Counted from the stretch's first letter, positions 39,303 to 49,984 are shown. The stretch: DNA of 64,000 bases from Armatimonadota bacterium (GCA_041690135.1 JAWLHY010000006.1:32001-96000); one strand, 5' to 3'. Made by a program: numbers and translations. Notes: generated from the letters alone by a model not told the origin.

Positions 39303-40682
39303 ATGACCAGATCCGCGCTTACCGGCCTTTCCACTGTCCTCATCCTCGGCTCCCTATCCGTGCTGCCCGCCGCGCACGGCGCCAAACGGGTGGTGCTGCC
39401 GCCCCGGCTCCAGGAGTTCCCCAACGCCTCCGGCAGCGAAGCGACCTACGCCACGGGTGCGCGGGTCGAGCCCAGCCATCCCTTCTTCCAGAGCCTGGGA
39501 ACGAATGGCCGGTCGTGCGGCAGTTGTCACGATCCCGCGGCTGGTTGGACCCTCACCCCCGCCCTGGCCCAGGCCCGGTTCGCGACTACGAATGGTCTCG
39601 ACCCCCTCTTCCGGCTGCACGACGGCGCCAATTCGCCCCTGGCGGATGTCTCCACCCCGGAAGCCCGGGCTGCGGCGTACAGCATGCTGCTCACCCGCGG
39701 CGTGATCCGTATCGAATTGCCGGTGCCTGCCGACGGGGAGTTTGAAGTAACGGCGGTGGACGATCCCTACGGTTATGCCAATGCGGAGCGCCTTTCGCTC
39801 TTCCGGAGGCCGCTTCCCGCCACGAACCTCAAGTTCCATATCCAGGTAATGTGGGACGGACGGAATACGCAGCCGACCGGCGACCTGGTGGCCGGCCTGC
39901 GCGCGCAGGCGCAGGGGGCCCACACCGGGCACGCGCAGGGCACGCCCCTGGGCGACGAAGCGCTCCAGTCGCTCGTGGATTTCGAGCTGGGCCTCTTCTC
40001 CGCGCAGATTAAGGACTCTCTCGCCGGAGCCGTGGACCGCGGCGGGGTGCGCGGTGGGCCCCGGCCGCTCGTGAAGCAGAAGTTCTACCCGGGCATCAAC
40101 AACCCGTTCGAGCTCGATCCGAAGCGGAAGAAGTTCAACCCCAACGTCTTCCAGCTCTTCAAGAAGTGGCAGCGTTACCCCGCGATCCATAAGAAACCGC
40201 AACTTGCTGCCCGGGGCAACGTGGGACGCGGAGAGAAGCTGTTCAACACGTTCCCGATCAACATCTTCGGGGTCCGCGGGCTGAACGACGTCCGGGGGCA
40301 GACGGTCATTCAGGGCACCTGCGCCACCTGCCACAACGTGCCCAACGTGGGCACGTTCTCGCTGGACCAGACGATGAACATCGGGACGGAACTCCTCTTT
40401 CCGCGCCAGCCCGATCAGCCGCTTTACACTCTCCGGAACAAGAACACGCTGGAAGTGACCCAGACCACCGATCCGGGTCGCGCCCTCATCACCGGAAAGT
40501 GGGAAGACGTGGGCAAGTTCAAAACACCTTCCCTGCGCGGTTTGGCGAGCCGCGCCCCGTATTTCCACGATGGCTCCGCGGAGACGCTGGAAGAAGTGGT
40601 CGATTTCTACGTCCGCCGCTTCGGGGTGGCCATGAACCAGCAGCAGGTGCGGGACATCGCCGCCTTCCTACGCGCGTTGTGA
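39303..40682 (+). CDS. di-heme cytochrome c peroxidase (CCP/MauG) superfamily protein
   Basis: NGRSCGSCH and CATCH heme motifs; FKTPSLRGL..RAPYFHDGSA.TL.EVV.FY. Confidence 0.88.
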   Translation: MTRSALTGLSTVLILGSLSVLPAAHGAKRVVLPPRLQEFPNASGSEATYATGARVEPSHPFFQSLGTNGRSCGSCHDPAAGWTLTPALAQARFATTNGLDPLFRLHDGANSPLADVSTPEARAAAYSMLLTRGVIRIELPVPADGEFEVTAVDDPYGYANAERLSLFRRPLPATNLKFHIQVMWDGRNTQPTGDLVAGLRAQAQGAHTGHAQGTPLGDEALQSLVDFELGLFSAQIKDSLAGAVDRGGVRGGPRPLVKQKFYPGINNPFELDPKRKKFNPNVFQLFKKWQRYPAIHKKPQLAARGNVGRGEKLFNTFPINIFGVRGLNDVRGQTVIQGTCATCHNVPNVGTFSLDQTMNIGTELLFPRQPDQPLYTLRNKNTLEVTQTTDPGRALITGKWEDVGKFKTPSLRGLASRAPYFHDGSAETLEEVVDFYVRRFGVAMNQQQVRDIAAFLRAL

Positions 40683-41708
40683 GAGGGCCGCGTCCAGGTT
40701 GTCCGCGTAAACTTTAAACCCCGCGGCGAACAGGTGGAGCCCATCCGGGTAGTAGCGCGGATCCTTCGGGGAGAGGTCCCCTACTACTTCCAAGCGGGGG
40801 GAATAAGCTTGCAACCGTTCCCGCAGCGTGTCACGGACACGGCGGACGCGGTCGCCCGCCTCCCGATTAAGGGGAACCCCCATGAAGTCCGGCGGCCCCT
40901 TTCCTTCTTCGCACGGCTTGTAGGACGGCAATAGCCAGGCCACGCGCACGTGACCGCCGGAAAGCGCCATTTCCGCCAGCCTTGCAGCCTGCTCACCCAC
41001 CGTTCCCACGTCGCTCTCGTTCCAGGCGTGGTTGCTGCCTAGGGCAATCGTCACCAGGTCCCACCGGCGGTCGGCCAGGGCCCAATCCACCACTCCCGGC
41101 TCGACCTTCAACCCACCGACCCCGAGGTTCCATGCCGGCAGGTCCCAGCGACGCATCAACCGGTGCACCCAGTTCTGTGTGGGGCACTGCACCGAGAAGC
41201 CCTGGGTCAGGCTGTCGCCGATCGCCAGCCAGCGAGCCCTGGGAGGCTCGCCGGCCTGGACGACGCTTCCCTCCGCCACTGCCACCCCCGCAACGCCGCA
41301 GGTGGAGATGAGCGGCAGCCAGAGCATCACCGTGGCAGGCTCTCCCCCCCGCTCCAGTCCGGTGGGAAAGCTCACCGCCACGTCGCCCGCCTGCTCGCGC
41401 AGGTCGAGGCTGGAGGAGGCCTGCCAGCAGCCATCCGCACGACGGATTTCACAGGCGACTCCCTGCGGCACCAACTGGTGATGGCGGAGGCGCTGCAGGT
41501 GCAACTCGACGGTGGGACTGTCGGTGTGGAGAACGACTGCGCAACCGCTGGATGAGCGCAGATTGGCCAGTGGCCCGATCTTTCCCGCCACGGCATCGTA
41601 AGCCGAGCGGGGGAAACGCTCCAGTCGGGGGTCCGTGCGGAGACGGTCGAACGGTTGAGGACAGTAATAGCCGAGGCGGGGGTCGTCCGGTGCAAGCAGG
41701 TGCGTCAT
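40668..41708 (-). CDS. SGNH/GDSL hydrolase with N-terminal beta domain
   Basis: IGDSLTQG, NLGVGG, LGSNH, DGLH. Confidence 0.88.
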   Translation of the reverse strand: MTHLLAPDDPRLGYYCPQPFDRLRTDPRLERFPRSAYDAVAGKIGPLANLRSSSGCAVVLHTDSPTVELHLQRLRHHQLVPQGVACEIRRADGCWQASSSLDLREQAGDVAVSFPTGLERGGEPATVMLWLPLISTCGVAGVAVAEGSVVQAGEPPRARWLAIGDSLTQGFSVQCPTQNWVHRLMRRWDLPAWNLGVGGLKVEPGVVDWALADRRWDLVTIALGSNHAWNESDVGTVGEQAARLAEMALSGGHVRVAWLLPSYKPCEEGKGPPDFMGVPLNREAGDRVRRVRDTLRERLQAYSPRLEVVGDLSPKDPRYYPDGLHLFAAGFKVYADNLDAALSQRA

Positions 41709-41973
41709 GGTGCATCCGGCAGCCCAGGTGAAATTGGCCCATCGCGGCGGGATGGCTGGCTGCCCGACGACAGTATAACGCGCTCCCGTCTCTTCGCGTT
41801 GCCGGCGAGCCGCACTACGAGTGTTTTCCTGACATAGCAAACGGCGTGCCCATCATCCTCCAACGGCGCGGGGGCATAAATGACGTGTAAGACTGCAGCC
41901 TGTGGGCAAAAGAGCATACGAGAGCTAATCCAGCCTAAACTGAGTGACTTTCGCCTCATTCGCCGTCGGACTC

Positions 41974-43284
41974 ATGCACTTTCCTCATCTTCGATTGGTC
42001 TGTGGAGTGTCCTTGTTTCTGGGCACTGTCACCTGGAGTTGCGCCTGGCGCTCCACGCATGACCCGGCTCCCGCCGCTGCGGTCGTAGCGGAGAGCCGAT
42101 TTCCGGGCCACGCGTGGCGGCAGGTAAATCCCGGTGTCCAGGGACTGGACGCCGTCCGGCTGCGCGAAGCCGTGCGCTTCCTGGAGCGACATGGCTGCGC
42201 CGACGGAGCCCGGAGCCTGGTCGTTGTGCGGAATGGAGACCTGGTCTGGAGCGGTCCGGACGCGGATCGGATGTACGGGGTGTACTCGTGCACCAAGTCG
42301 TTCACCGGCGCCGTGCTGGGACTATTGATCGACGACGGCAAGTGTACCCTGGAGACCCGTGCCGCGGACGTGCTCCCGGATCTGGCCCCCGCTTACGGGG
42401 AGGTCACCTTCCGCCACTTTGCAACCATGACGTCGGGGTATCGGGCCGCCTGGGACGAACCGCAGGGCGATTACACGAACGGACCGAGCATGACCCCTTT
42501 CGTGCCGGCCTCCACGCCCCTCTTCCAGCCTCCGGGGTCGGCTTACGCCTACTGGGACTCGGCGATGAACATGTTTGCGCGGGTGCTTACCCGAATCGCC
42601 GGTGAGCCGTTGGAAGACCTCTTCCGCCGCCGCATCGCGGACCCGATCGGAATGCTCCCAGGGCGCTGGAAGTGGGGCACCTATGGCATGATCGACGGCG
42701 TGCCGATCAACGGCGGGGCGGGTAACCACAAGGCGCACGTCCTCATCAGTGCCCGCGAGATGGCCCGCTTCGGGCATCTGTATCTCCATCGGGGTCGCTG
42801 GAAGGACCGCCAACTGCTCAGCGCGAAATGGGTGGAAGAGGCGACAAGCCCCCAAGTCCCGGCGGATTACGCAATAAAGAGCGCCGCATTCGACGGGCGC
42901 GGAGTCTACGCTTACAACTGGTGGACCAACGGCATCGGGCCGGACGGGAAGCGGAAGTGGCCGGAAGCCCCGGCAGGCACGTTCGCCGCCAGCGGGTTCA
43001 ACAACAACGACATGTTCGTCATACCCGAGTGGCAGATGGTCGTAGTGCGCCTGGGACAGGACCAGAACGGGTGCGAGATCTCGGACGATACCTATGGGAC
43101 CTTTCTTTCCCTCCTTGGTAAGGCGCTGGTCGACCCACCGCGGGACCCCCTCCCGGATCCTGCGGAGACCGCCGACTCGTCAGCGGTCTCTCCAGCCGTT
43201 GCGGGTGCCCGCCCTGGGACTGATGCTCCTCATGCCGTTCGCGTCCGCGCCGCACGCATCGCCATCCGGGGAGACGACGAGTAA
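41974..43284 (+). CDS. serine hydrolase, beta-lactamase/AmpC-like family
   Basis: SCTKS SxxK motif, TMTSG, PGSAYAY, AREMARFG.LYL..G.W. Confidence 0.88.
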   Translation: MHFPHLRLVCGVSLFLGTVTWSCAWRSTHDPAPAAAVVAESRFPGHAWRQVNPGVQGLDAVRLREAVRFLERHGCADGARSLVVVRNGDLVWSGPDADRMYGVYSCTKSFTGAVLGLLIDDGKCTLETRAADVLPDLAPAYGEVTFRHFATMTSGYRAAWDEPQGDYTNGPSMTPFVPASTPLFQPPGSAYAYWDSAMNMFARVLTRIAGEPLEDLFRRRIADPIGMLPGRWKWGTYGMIDGVPINGGAGNHKAHVLISAREMARFGHLYLHRGRWKDRQLLSAKWVEEATSPQVPADYAIKSAAFDGRGVYAYNWWTNGIGPDGKRKWPEAPAGTFAASGFNNNDMFVIPEWQMVVVRLGQDQNGCEISDDTYGTFLSLLGKALVDPPRDPLPDPAETADSSAVSPAVAGARPGTDAPHAVRVRAARIAIRGDDE

Positions 43285-44338
43285 GGGGATGATCTTTCCC
43301 GGCAGGGAATGGCAGGAAGCGAGCCCCGCTTCGCAGGGACTTGATCCGGAAGGGCTCCGCGGCGCCATCGACTACCTGGAACGCCACGCCGGACAAGACG
43401 GAGCCCGGGAACTGGTGATCGTTCGCAACGGCTATCTGGTGTGGCGCGGGCCGGCGGCGGACAAGGTGCACGGGGTCTGGTCCTGCACCAAGGCGTTCAC
43501 CAGTACTACCCTGGGCCTGTTGATCGACGACGGCAAATGCTCTCTCGACACCCCGGCGCGCGAAATCGTCCCGGCTCTGGCGGACCGCTACGGAGAGGTG
43601 ACTCTCCGCCAGTTCACCACGATGACCTCGGGCTATCGTGCCGTGGGCGATGAGCCACAGGGAACCTACGTTCACGGCCCCAGCAAGACTCCCTTCACGC
43701 CGGGCCTGGAACCCCTCTTCTCCCCACCCGGCTCTGCGTACGCCTATTGGGATTCCGCGATGAACCAGTTCGCGCACGTCCTGACCCGCGTCGCCGGTGA
43801 ACCACTCCACACCCTTTTCCGCCGCCGGATCGCCGAGCCGATCGGCATGGATCCGTCTCACTGGCGCTGGGGGGACTTCGGCCAGGTAGAAGGAACTTCC
43901 GCCGTTGTCAACGGCGGCGCCGGCAACCAGGGACGGAACGTGTTCATCAATGCGCGGGAACTCGCCCGCCTCGGGCACCTCTTTCTCAATCGCGGACGCT
44001 GGAAGGACCGCCAACTGCTCAGCGAGAAGTGGGTGAGCCTGGCTACCAGCGTGCAAGTTCCCGCCGGCCTGGAGCTCCGCGGCGCGCCCATCGACGGGCG
44101 CGGAGTCTACGGATTCAACTGGTGGGTCAACGGCATCACCGTGGACGGTGAGCGGAAGTGGCCGGGAGCGCCGCCGGGCACCTTCGCCGCCAGCGGGTTC
44201 AACAACAACGACATGTTCGTCATCCCGGAGTGGCGGATGGTCGTGGTGCGCCTGGGCCTGGACGAGGGTACCCGTGAGATCACCGATGCGGTCTACGGCA
44301 GCTTCCTGGCGAAACTGGGCGCGGCCCTGCGGAACTGA
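43094..44338 (+). CDS. serine hydrolase, tandem paralogue of the upstream gene
   Basis: SCTKA motif and long identical blocks (PPGSAYAYWDSAMN, FAASGFNNNDMFVIPEW); start uncertain (43094-43223). Confidence 0.88.
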   Translation: MGPFFPSLVRRWSTHRGTPSRILRRPPTRQRSLQPLRVPALGLMLLMPFASAPHASPSGETTSKGMIFPGREWQEASPASQGLDPEGLRGAIDYLERHAGQDGARELVIVRNGYLVWRGPAADKVHGVWSCTKAFTSTTLGLLIDDGKCSLDTPAREIVPALADRYGEVTLRQFTTMTSGYRAVGDEPQGTYVHGPSKTPFTPGLEPLFSPPGSAYAYWDSAMNQFAHVLTRVAGEPLHTLFRRRIAEPIGMDPSHWRWGDFGQVEGTSAVVNGGAGNQGRNVFINARELARLGHLFLNRGRWKDRQLLSEKWVSLATSVQVPAGLELRGAPIDGRGVYGFNWWVNGITVDGERKWPGAPPGTFAASGFNNNDMFVIPEWRMVVVRLGLDEGTREITDAVYGSFLAKLGAALRN

Positions 44339-44384
44339 TCCGGAGAGGACAGTGCCGGCGGCGCCGGCCTAGAAAGGAGCGGGG

Positions 44385-45638
44385 ATGCCCCTGACGCACC
44401 GGATCATTCTCACCTCGCTGGCCGTGCCGTTTGCTCTCTCCGCCGTCCTTGCAGGGGAAACCGGAAAGCCCTGGAAGCGCCACACGATCGACGCTTCCTC
44501 GCGCGGAGCGGACGGAGTGCGCCTGGGGGACGTTAACGGCGATCGGCTTCCGGACCTCACCACGGGCTGGGAAGAAGGCGGTCAGGTACGGGTCTATCTC
44601 CATCCCGGTGCCGCTCGGACGAAACAAGCGTGGCCGGCGATTACTGTCGGACAGGCGCGAGCCGTCGAAGACGCGGTGATGGTCGACCTCGACTCGGACG
44701 GAGCCGTCGACGTGGTGAGCTGCGCCGAGGGGAGCACCCGCTCCATGTTCGTCCACTGGGCACCCCGGGAGCCAAAGCGTTACGTTCGGCCGGAGGAGTG
44801 GATCACGCAGCCCCTACCGGCCTCGCGGGGAATGATGGCGTGGATGTTCTGCATCCCGCTGCAGGTGGATGGGAAGCGAGGGGTGGACCTGGTCGCCGCG
44901 GGTAAGGGCGCTTCCGCCGCCCTGGGCTGGTGGGAAGCCCCGGCCGATTCCCGCGGCCTAGAAGCCTGGAAGTGGCACCCGCTGCGCCCGGTCGGCTGGA
45001 TCATGTCACTCGCGGCCGAAGATATGGATGGGGATGGAGACGCGGACATCCTGGCCACCGATCGGAAAGGAGCGGCCACCGGTTGCTTCTGGCTCGAGAA
45101 CCCCGGCTCCGGTCCCCGGTCGGCCCAACCGTGGCGCGAGCACCCGGTCGGGGGGCAGGGGCGGGAGGTCATGTTCCTCTCCGTGGCCGATGTAGACGGC
45201 GACGGCCTGCGGGACGTGGTGACCTGCGCCAAGCCCCAGGAGATTCTCTTTCTGAAGCGACTGAGCCGGACCGGCCGCGACTGGGAAACACGCTCGATCC
45301 CGATGCCGGCCAGCGCGGGACGCGCGAAAGCCGTCAACGCCGGCGATCTCGACGGCGACGGAACCACCGACCTGGTCTTTACGTGTGAGAACGCTGTGGA
45401 CGGCAAGTCCGGCGTCATGGCACTGCTCCAGGAGAAAGGCCCGAACGGCTTGCGCTGGCGGCCGTGGGACGTCAGCGGTCCGGACGGAGTGAAGCACGAT
45501 CTGGTGGAACCCCTCGATCTGGACGGCGACGGCGACCTGGACCTGTTGACCTGCGAGGAAACCAAGAATCTCGGGGTCTTCTGGTATGAGAACCCTGCCC
45601 GGCAGCAGATGCGAACAGGAGCTGGCACCCGGAATTGA
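44385..45638 (+). CDS. FG-GAP/VCBS repeat exported protein
   Basis: Repeated DxDGDGxxD motifs, signal peptide, VFWYENP end. Confidence 0.88.
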   Translation: MPLTHRIILTSLAVPFALSAVLAGETGKPWKRHTIDASSRGADGVRLGDVNGDRLPDLTTGWEEGGQVRVYLHPGAARTKQAWPAITVGQARAVEDAVMVDLDSDGAVDVVSCAEGSTRSMFVHWAPREPKRYVRPEEWITQPLPASRGMMAWMFCIPLQVDGKRGVDLVAAGKGASAALGWWEAPADSRGLEAWKWHPLRPVGWIMSLAAEDMDGDGDADILATDRKGAATGCFWLENPGSGPRSAQPWREHPVGGQGREVMFLSVADVDGDGLRDVVTCAKPQEILFLKRLSRTGRDWETRSIPMPASAGRAKAVNAGDLDGDGTTDLVFTCENAVDGKSGVMALLQEKGPNGLRWRPWDVSGPDGVKHDLVEPLDLDGDGDLDLLTCEETKNLGVFWYENPARQQMRTGAGTRN

Positions 45639-45666
45639 TGCGAGCGGGTTGCCCGGCCGCTGGTAG

Positions 45667-46140
45667 TTATGTCCGCTTCCGGACCGCCAGCTTGCGCCTT
45701 TTCCGCCTGGGCTCATCGACCACCTGCCCGAAGTAGCGCAGACGACGCCGCAGGTAGACCCGGTATTTCTTTCCCACGGCAAGTAAAAACGCGGCGGAAA
45801 GACACAGCGCAGCGGACCCGAGGAAGATACCGGGAACGACGCTGAGCCACTGCGCTTCGTTCGGGCCCGAATCGATCAGCCGGAAGCAGCCCATGCCCAG
45901 GGCAATCAATCCCATACCCACGGCGGCGGCACTGAGGCCCACGCGGCCTTCCAGGCGCCGCACGCGAAAAGCCGTCTCTTCGGCCCAGCGGATCTCCTCC
46001 TCACGCCACCGCTGATCTTCCTGCTGCGCCTGGTCCAGGGTACGACCGGAGTTATCCCGCAGCGCAGAGCCGCCCGTAGCCTCAAGGGCCGGCTCCCAAC
46101 CGGCCTTCTGGCCGGGCTCTAGCTCTTGTTCGAGGGGCAT
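45667..46140 (-). CDS. hypothetical 2-TM membrane protein
   Basis: Charged helix, two hydrophobic segments, basic tail. Confidence 0.65.
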   Translation of the reverse strand: MPLEQELEPGQKAGWEPALEATGGSALRDNSGRTLDQAQQEDQRWREEEIRWAEETAFRVRRLEGRVGLSAAAVGMGLIALGMGCFRLIDSGPNEAQWLSVVPGIFLGSAALCLSAAFLLAVGKKYRVYLRRRLRYFGQVVDEPRRKRRKLAVRKRT

Positions 46141-46261
46141 CTGCGTTCCGGAAGTCTAAAGCCGACGTCGCAGGTGACGCCGGGTCCTTCCTCACCATTG
46201 TGTCGCGAGCAGCGGGGAGTTGAAAAGCCCGTTTGCGCGACCGGCCCGGATCGCGTGTACC

Positions 46262-46780
46262 CTACCGGTGGGACGAGGTGGCGGTCGCGCTGCCGACCTC
46301 GATGCAATAACAGTCCGCCCACCGCAGCAGGAGCCGCCGCAAGAGGGAGACGCACCGCCGCGGCAAGGTAACGCAGAAGGCCAGCGCCAGCACTCCGGCC
46401 ACTGCGGAGGCGCACACCGTAAAGCTTTCACCATACAAGAAAGCCGCTTCGACGTGGTTCCGTGTTTCCGGAGGACTCACGCAAAGCAACCAGAAAGCAA
46501 CCACCAGCACAATGGGTTCGACGACGAGCAGTGTGAGGCAGAGCCACGGGAAGGCGCGCTCTTCCACCCGTTCCAGGCGCTCCATGCGCCGCAGGTATCG
46601 TCGCATTCGCCGGGAGCGCTGCGCGCGCCAAAGATGGTCTACCTTTCGGGCTCTTTCCAGCGCCGCACCTGCCGAGGCTTCCGGATCCGAAGTATCCCTT
46701 CCTTGCAGGCATTCCAGGGAGCATGGATCCACGATGAAGGGGGACTCCGGAGCCACTGGGAAGGAGTGTAGACGCGGCAT
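46262..46780 (-). CDS. hypothetical 2-TM membrane protein (distant paralogue of 45667-46140)
   Basis: AGGAG RBS before ATG 46780; same architecture as its neighbour. Confidence 0.6.
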   Translation of the reverse strand: MPRLHSFPVAPESPFIVDPCSLECLQGRDTSDPEASAGAALERARKVDHLWRAQRSRRMRRYLRRMERLERVEERAFPWLCLTLLVVEPIVLVVAFWLLCVSPPETRNHVEAAFLYGESFTVCASAVAGVLALAFCVTLPRRCVSLLRRLLLRWADCYCIEVGSATATSSHR

Positions 46781-46931
46781 GCTGCGCTCCTGTCGGGTCA
46801 CGGTCCACTGATCCTCTTGTACGCCGGTGCAACCGTACCCAAACCCCCGGCAACAGCACCCTGCCGTTTCCGCTGACAAAAAAGCGGGCATCAGTTCAGC
46901 GGAGACTGCACGAGAGTTGAGGAGCCTGATA

Positions 46932-48248
46932 ATGCGTAGACAGAAGCCAGCCGGCCTGGGTGTCCTGGCAATCGCCGCGATCGGATTGTGGAGCGCCGGT
47001 TGCAATAACAACGGTCGCGATCCGGCTGCCCGCACCAGTCTACCCGGCGAACAAACGGTAGAAGCGCAGAGCCCCCTCTCCGGCCGCGAGCCATGGTATC
47101 CCGGCGCCCTGGAGATCCCCGAGTCGATCCGGGGACAGGAGTTGATTGAAAACCAGGAGGGAAGTCGCGCCTTCCCCTCGGTCCTGTCACCCACCGATAC
47201 CCGCATGAGCCGCCTACAGCTTCCCGCGGGTTTCCGGATCACCCGCTTCGCGGAGGGACTGGGCTCACCGCGGATGATGGCGGTGGGAGACGATGGGACG
47301 CTCTACGTTACCCGGCCGAAGAGCGCCGACGTGTTGGCCCTGCGGGATACGAATAGCGATGGCCGAGCGGAAGCTCCTGACCGGGTGATCCAGGGTCTGG
47401 CGGATGTGCACGGCATTGCCCTCCGCTCCGGACAGATGTTCGTCGCCACGGTGGACGCCGTTTACTCGGCGCCCATCCAGAACAACAGAGTCGGCGAGCG
47501 CCGGAAGGTGCTCGACGGACTCCCTCCCGGCGGGCGTCACCCGAACCGCACCCTTGCCTTCGGGCCGGACGGCATGCTCTACCTAACGGTGGGAAGCACC
47601 TGTAACTGCTGCGTGGAGCGGAGCCCGGAGAGCGCGACCGTTCTCCGGGTGCGCCCGGACAGCGGCAGCCGGGAGATCTTCGCGACCGGCCTCCGCAACA
47701 CGGTGGGATTCGGATTTCATCCCGCGACCGGGGAACTGTGGGGGATGGACCACGGCACGGACTGGCTCGGCGACGAAGTGCCGCCGGAGGAACTCAACCG
47801 CCTTGAGCAGGGGAACCACTACGGATGGCCCTTCGCCTACGGCGATAACCAGCTCATCGAGATCCAGGACTACCCCAGCTTCCTTAACCCGCAGCAATAT
47901 CTGGCCCGCTCCACTCCGTCGGTCCTGCAATACGCGGCCCACGCGGCCCCGCTGCAGATGGTCTTCTATACCGGAAGCCAGTTCCCAGCCGAGTACCGGA
48001 ATGACGCCTTCGTGGCCATGCACGGTTCGTGGAACCGGCGACCACCCGTGGGTTACGAAGTGGCGCGCATCCGGTTCCAGAACGGCAAGCCGGCCCGCAT
48101 CGAACCGTTCCTCACCGGCTTCCTCCTAAACGAACAACCCACCACCTTCGGTCGCCCCTGCGGCCTGGCCGTGGGCCGTGACGGCTCCCTCTTCCTGGGA
48201 GACGACGCCACGGGCGTGATCTACAAGATCATGTACGGAGGGAGCTAA
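46932..48248 (+). CDS. PQQ-dependent sugar / sorbosone dehydrogenase family lipoprotein
   Basis: WSAGC lipobox, FGPDG.LY..VGS.CN.C, GLRNTVG, PPEELN, YGWP, HGSWNR, GRPCG. Confidence 0.9.
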   Translation: MRRQKPAGLGVLAIAAIGLWSAGCNNNGRDPAARTSLPGEQTVEAQSPLSGREPWYPGALEIPESIRGQELIENQEGSRAFPSVLSPTDTRMSRLQLPAGFRITRFAEGLGSPRMMAVGDDGTLYVTRPKSADVLALRDTNSDGRAEAPDRVIQGLADVHGIALRSGQMFVATVDAVYSAPIQNNRVGERRKVLDGLPPGGRHPNRTLAFGPDGMLYLTVGSTCNCCVERSPESATVLRVRPDSGSREIFATGLRNTVGFGFHPATGELWGMDHGTDWLGDEVPPEELNRLEQGNHYGWPFAYGDNQLIEIQDYPSFLNPQQYLARSTPSVLQYAAHAAPLQMVFYTGSQFPAEYRNDAFVAMHGSWNRRPPVGYEVARIRFQNGKPARIEPFLTGFLLNEQPTTFGRPCGLAVGRDGSLFLGDDATGVIYKIMYGGS

Positions 48249-48284
48249 CGGGTGAAGCACCGCACCCTTCGCTAACCTTAGGTT

Positions 48285-49610
48285 TCACGGGTTGGAGCCC
48301 CAGGCGCCACGAGCCCAGTCCGCCATCCGACGCGGGTCACCCTGCCAGAGCCGGTCCTGCGCCCACGGCCGGGCCTCCGGCGGGGTGTCGAAATCCAGTC
48401 GGATCACCGGAAAGAGCGGGGTGGGTGGCGACTGCGGCAGGCATGATAGGGTTAAATAATCTTCGGTTTGTGAGTGAGGCAGTTCCTGCCCGGTGGTCAG
48501 CAGGACCGCGCGCTTCACCGCGGTTTCCAGACCGGCCAGTGTCAGGGTATCGCGCCCGTCCCAGAAGCGGATCACCAGGTAGAGCGAATTCCCCTTGCGG
48601 ATCTGACGGCCATAGGTGATGAACTCACACACTTCCCCTGGTTCGGACCCGTAGATTGCTTCTCCGTGGACGTGCATCCATTCGCCGATCTGCTCCATCC
48701 GTTCCACGAATGGCTGTGGCAGGGGACCCTCCGGCTCGGGGCCGACGTTCAAGAGGAGGTTGCCCCCTTTGCTTGCGGAGTCGATCAGCATGTCGAGGAG
48801 CACGTCGGCCGGGCGCCACCGCTCGCCGATCGTATAGCCCCATAGCCGCCAGGTGCTCACCTGGCACGATTCCCAGAGCCGGTCCGGGTCGGGCGTGATG
48901 TGGTGCTCCGGGGTGCCGAAGTCACCCAGGGCGGCGGAATGGCCCACGGCCTCGATCACTCCGCCACCCGAAACCCCGTCGGCCGCATCCACTTTGCCGA
49001 GCCGATTGTTGATGAGGATTTCCGGCTGCAGCGACCGCATCATCTCCACCAGCTCGAAGCTCTTCCAGCGCTGCGCCGAATGCGGCCAGGCCCCGTCGAA
49101 CCAGATTACGTCGATCTTCCCGTAGTTCGAGAGCAGTTCCCGCACCTGCGCGTGGACGGAGTCCCGGAACTCGGCCCAACCCCGGCGGTCCACCTCGGGC
49201 CCCTCCCAGTAGGCGGGAATGCGCCAGTCGGCCAGTGAGTAATAAAGACCCACGCGCAATCCGGCCGACCGGAACGCTTCCACATACTCTCCTACGAAGT
49301 CCCGCTTGGGAGCCTGAGCGGCGCTGGTGTAGTCCGTTGTCCGGGAATCCCAAAGGCAGTACCCGTCGTGGTGCCGGGTAGTGAGGACCCCATAACGCAT
49401 GCCCGCCCTCCTGGCGGTAGCTGCCCACTCCCGCGCATCAAACTGCTGCGGGTTCCAGGCGCAGGCGTTGCGGATGTACTCCCGCTGGTCCAGGTGCTCT
49501 CGGAAGAGGACCTGCTCACCGCGTCCGTACTGCGAGTACGGGCCCCAGTGGATAAAAAGGCCAAAGCGAGCTTCGGGAAACCAACGCCAGTGTTCGGGAA
49601 TACGGCTCAT
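48285..49610 (-). CDS. alpha-L-fucosidase (GH29)
   Basis: ARFGLFIHWG, LTTRHHDGYCLW, GLYYS..DW, IWFDG, INNR, GNLLLNVGP. Confidence 0.93.
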   Translation of the reverse strand: MSRIPEHWRWFPEARFGLFIHWGPYSQYGRGEQVLFREHLDQREYIRNACAWNPQQFDAREWAATARRAGMRYGVLTTRHHDGYCLWDSRTTDYTSAAQAPKRDFVGEYVEAFRSAGLRVGLYYSLADWRIPAYWEGPEVDRRGWAEFRDSVHAQVRELLSNYGKIDVIWFDGAWPHSAQRWKSFELVEMMRSLQPEILINNRLGKVDAADGVSGGGVIEAVGHSAALGDFGTPEHHITPDPDRLWESCQVSTWRLWGYTIGERWRPADVLLDMLIDSASKGGNLLLNVGPEPEGPLPQPFVERMEQIGEWMHVHGEAIYGSEPGEVCEFITYGRQIRKGNSLYLVIRFWDGRDTLTLAGLETAVKRAVLLTTGQELPHSQTEDYLTLSCLPQSPPTPLFPVIRLDFDTPPEARPWAQDRLWQGDPRRMADWARGAWGSNP

Positions 49611-49943
49611 TGTAAGTTAGTCCAGGGTCAGCAAGTCGGGTGATGGCCGCTTACCCGTTCAACTCCGACCAGAGCAGGAACCTGCTTCGGACTACACCCT
49701 CCGCCGTCCCTACCATAAACAGACAGGAACCTCACCTGCGGCCGCCGTGGCGAGCAAGGCGCGCCCCACCGGTCAGCAACCTGGATGCGCTCTGATCGCC
49801 GAAGCACGACTCTGGTCGGGAACAGCGCCCCGCCCCTTACCCCATTTGCGCTGGCTTAATTTGGCATGAGCGTGGATGCGGGAACTCCGAGCTGGTTCTC
49901 CCATACCCATTCATTGCGTGGACTCCCCCTCTCTGTGTCGGAG

Positions 49944-49984
49944 CCGGGCACCCTTTGGGTGGCGGGTACCCACGAAGTGGGTGG
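49944..49984. repeat. REP-like palindromic unit (second copy)
   Basis: Matches 20376-20397; preceded by a related unit CCGGGCACCCTTTGGGTGG. Confidence 0.55.
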
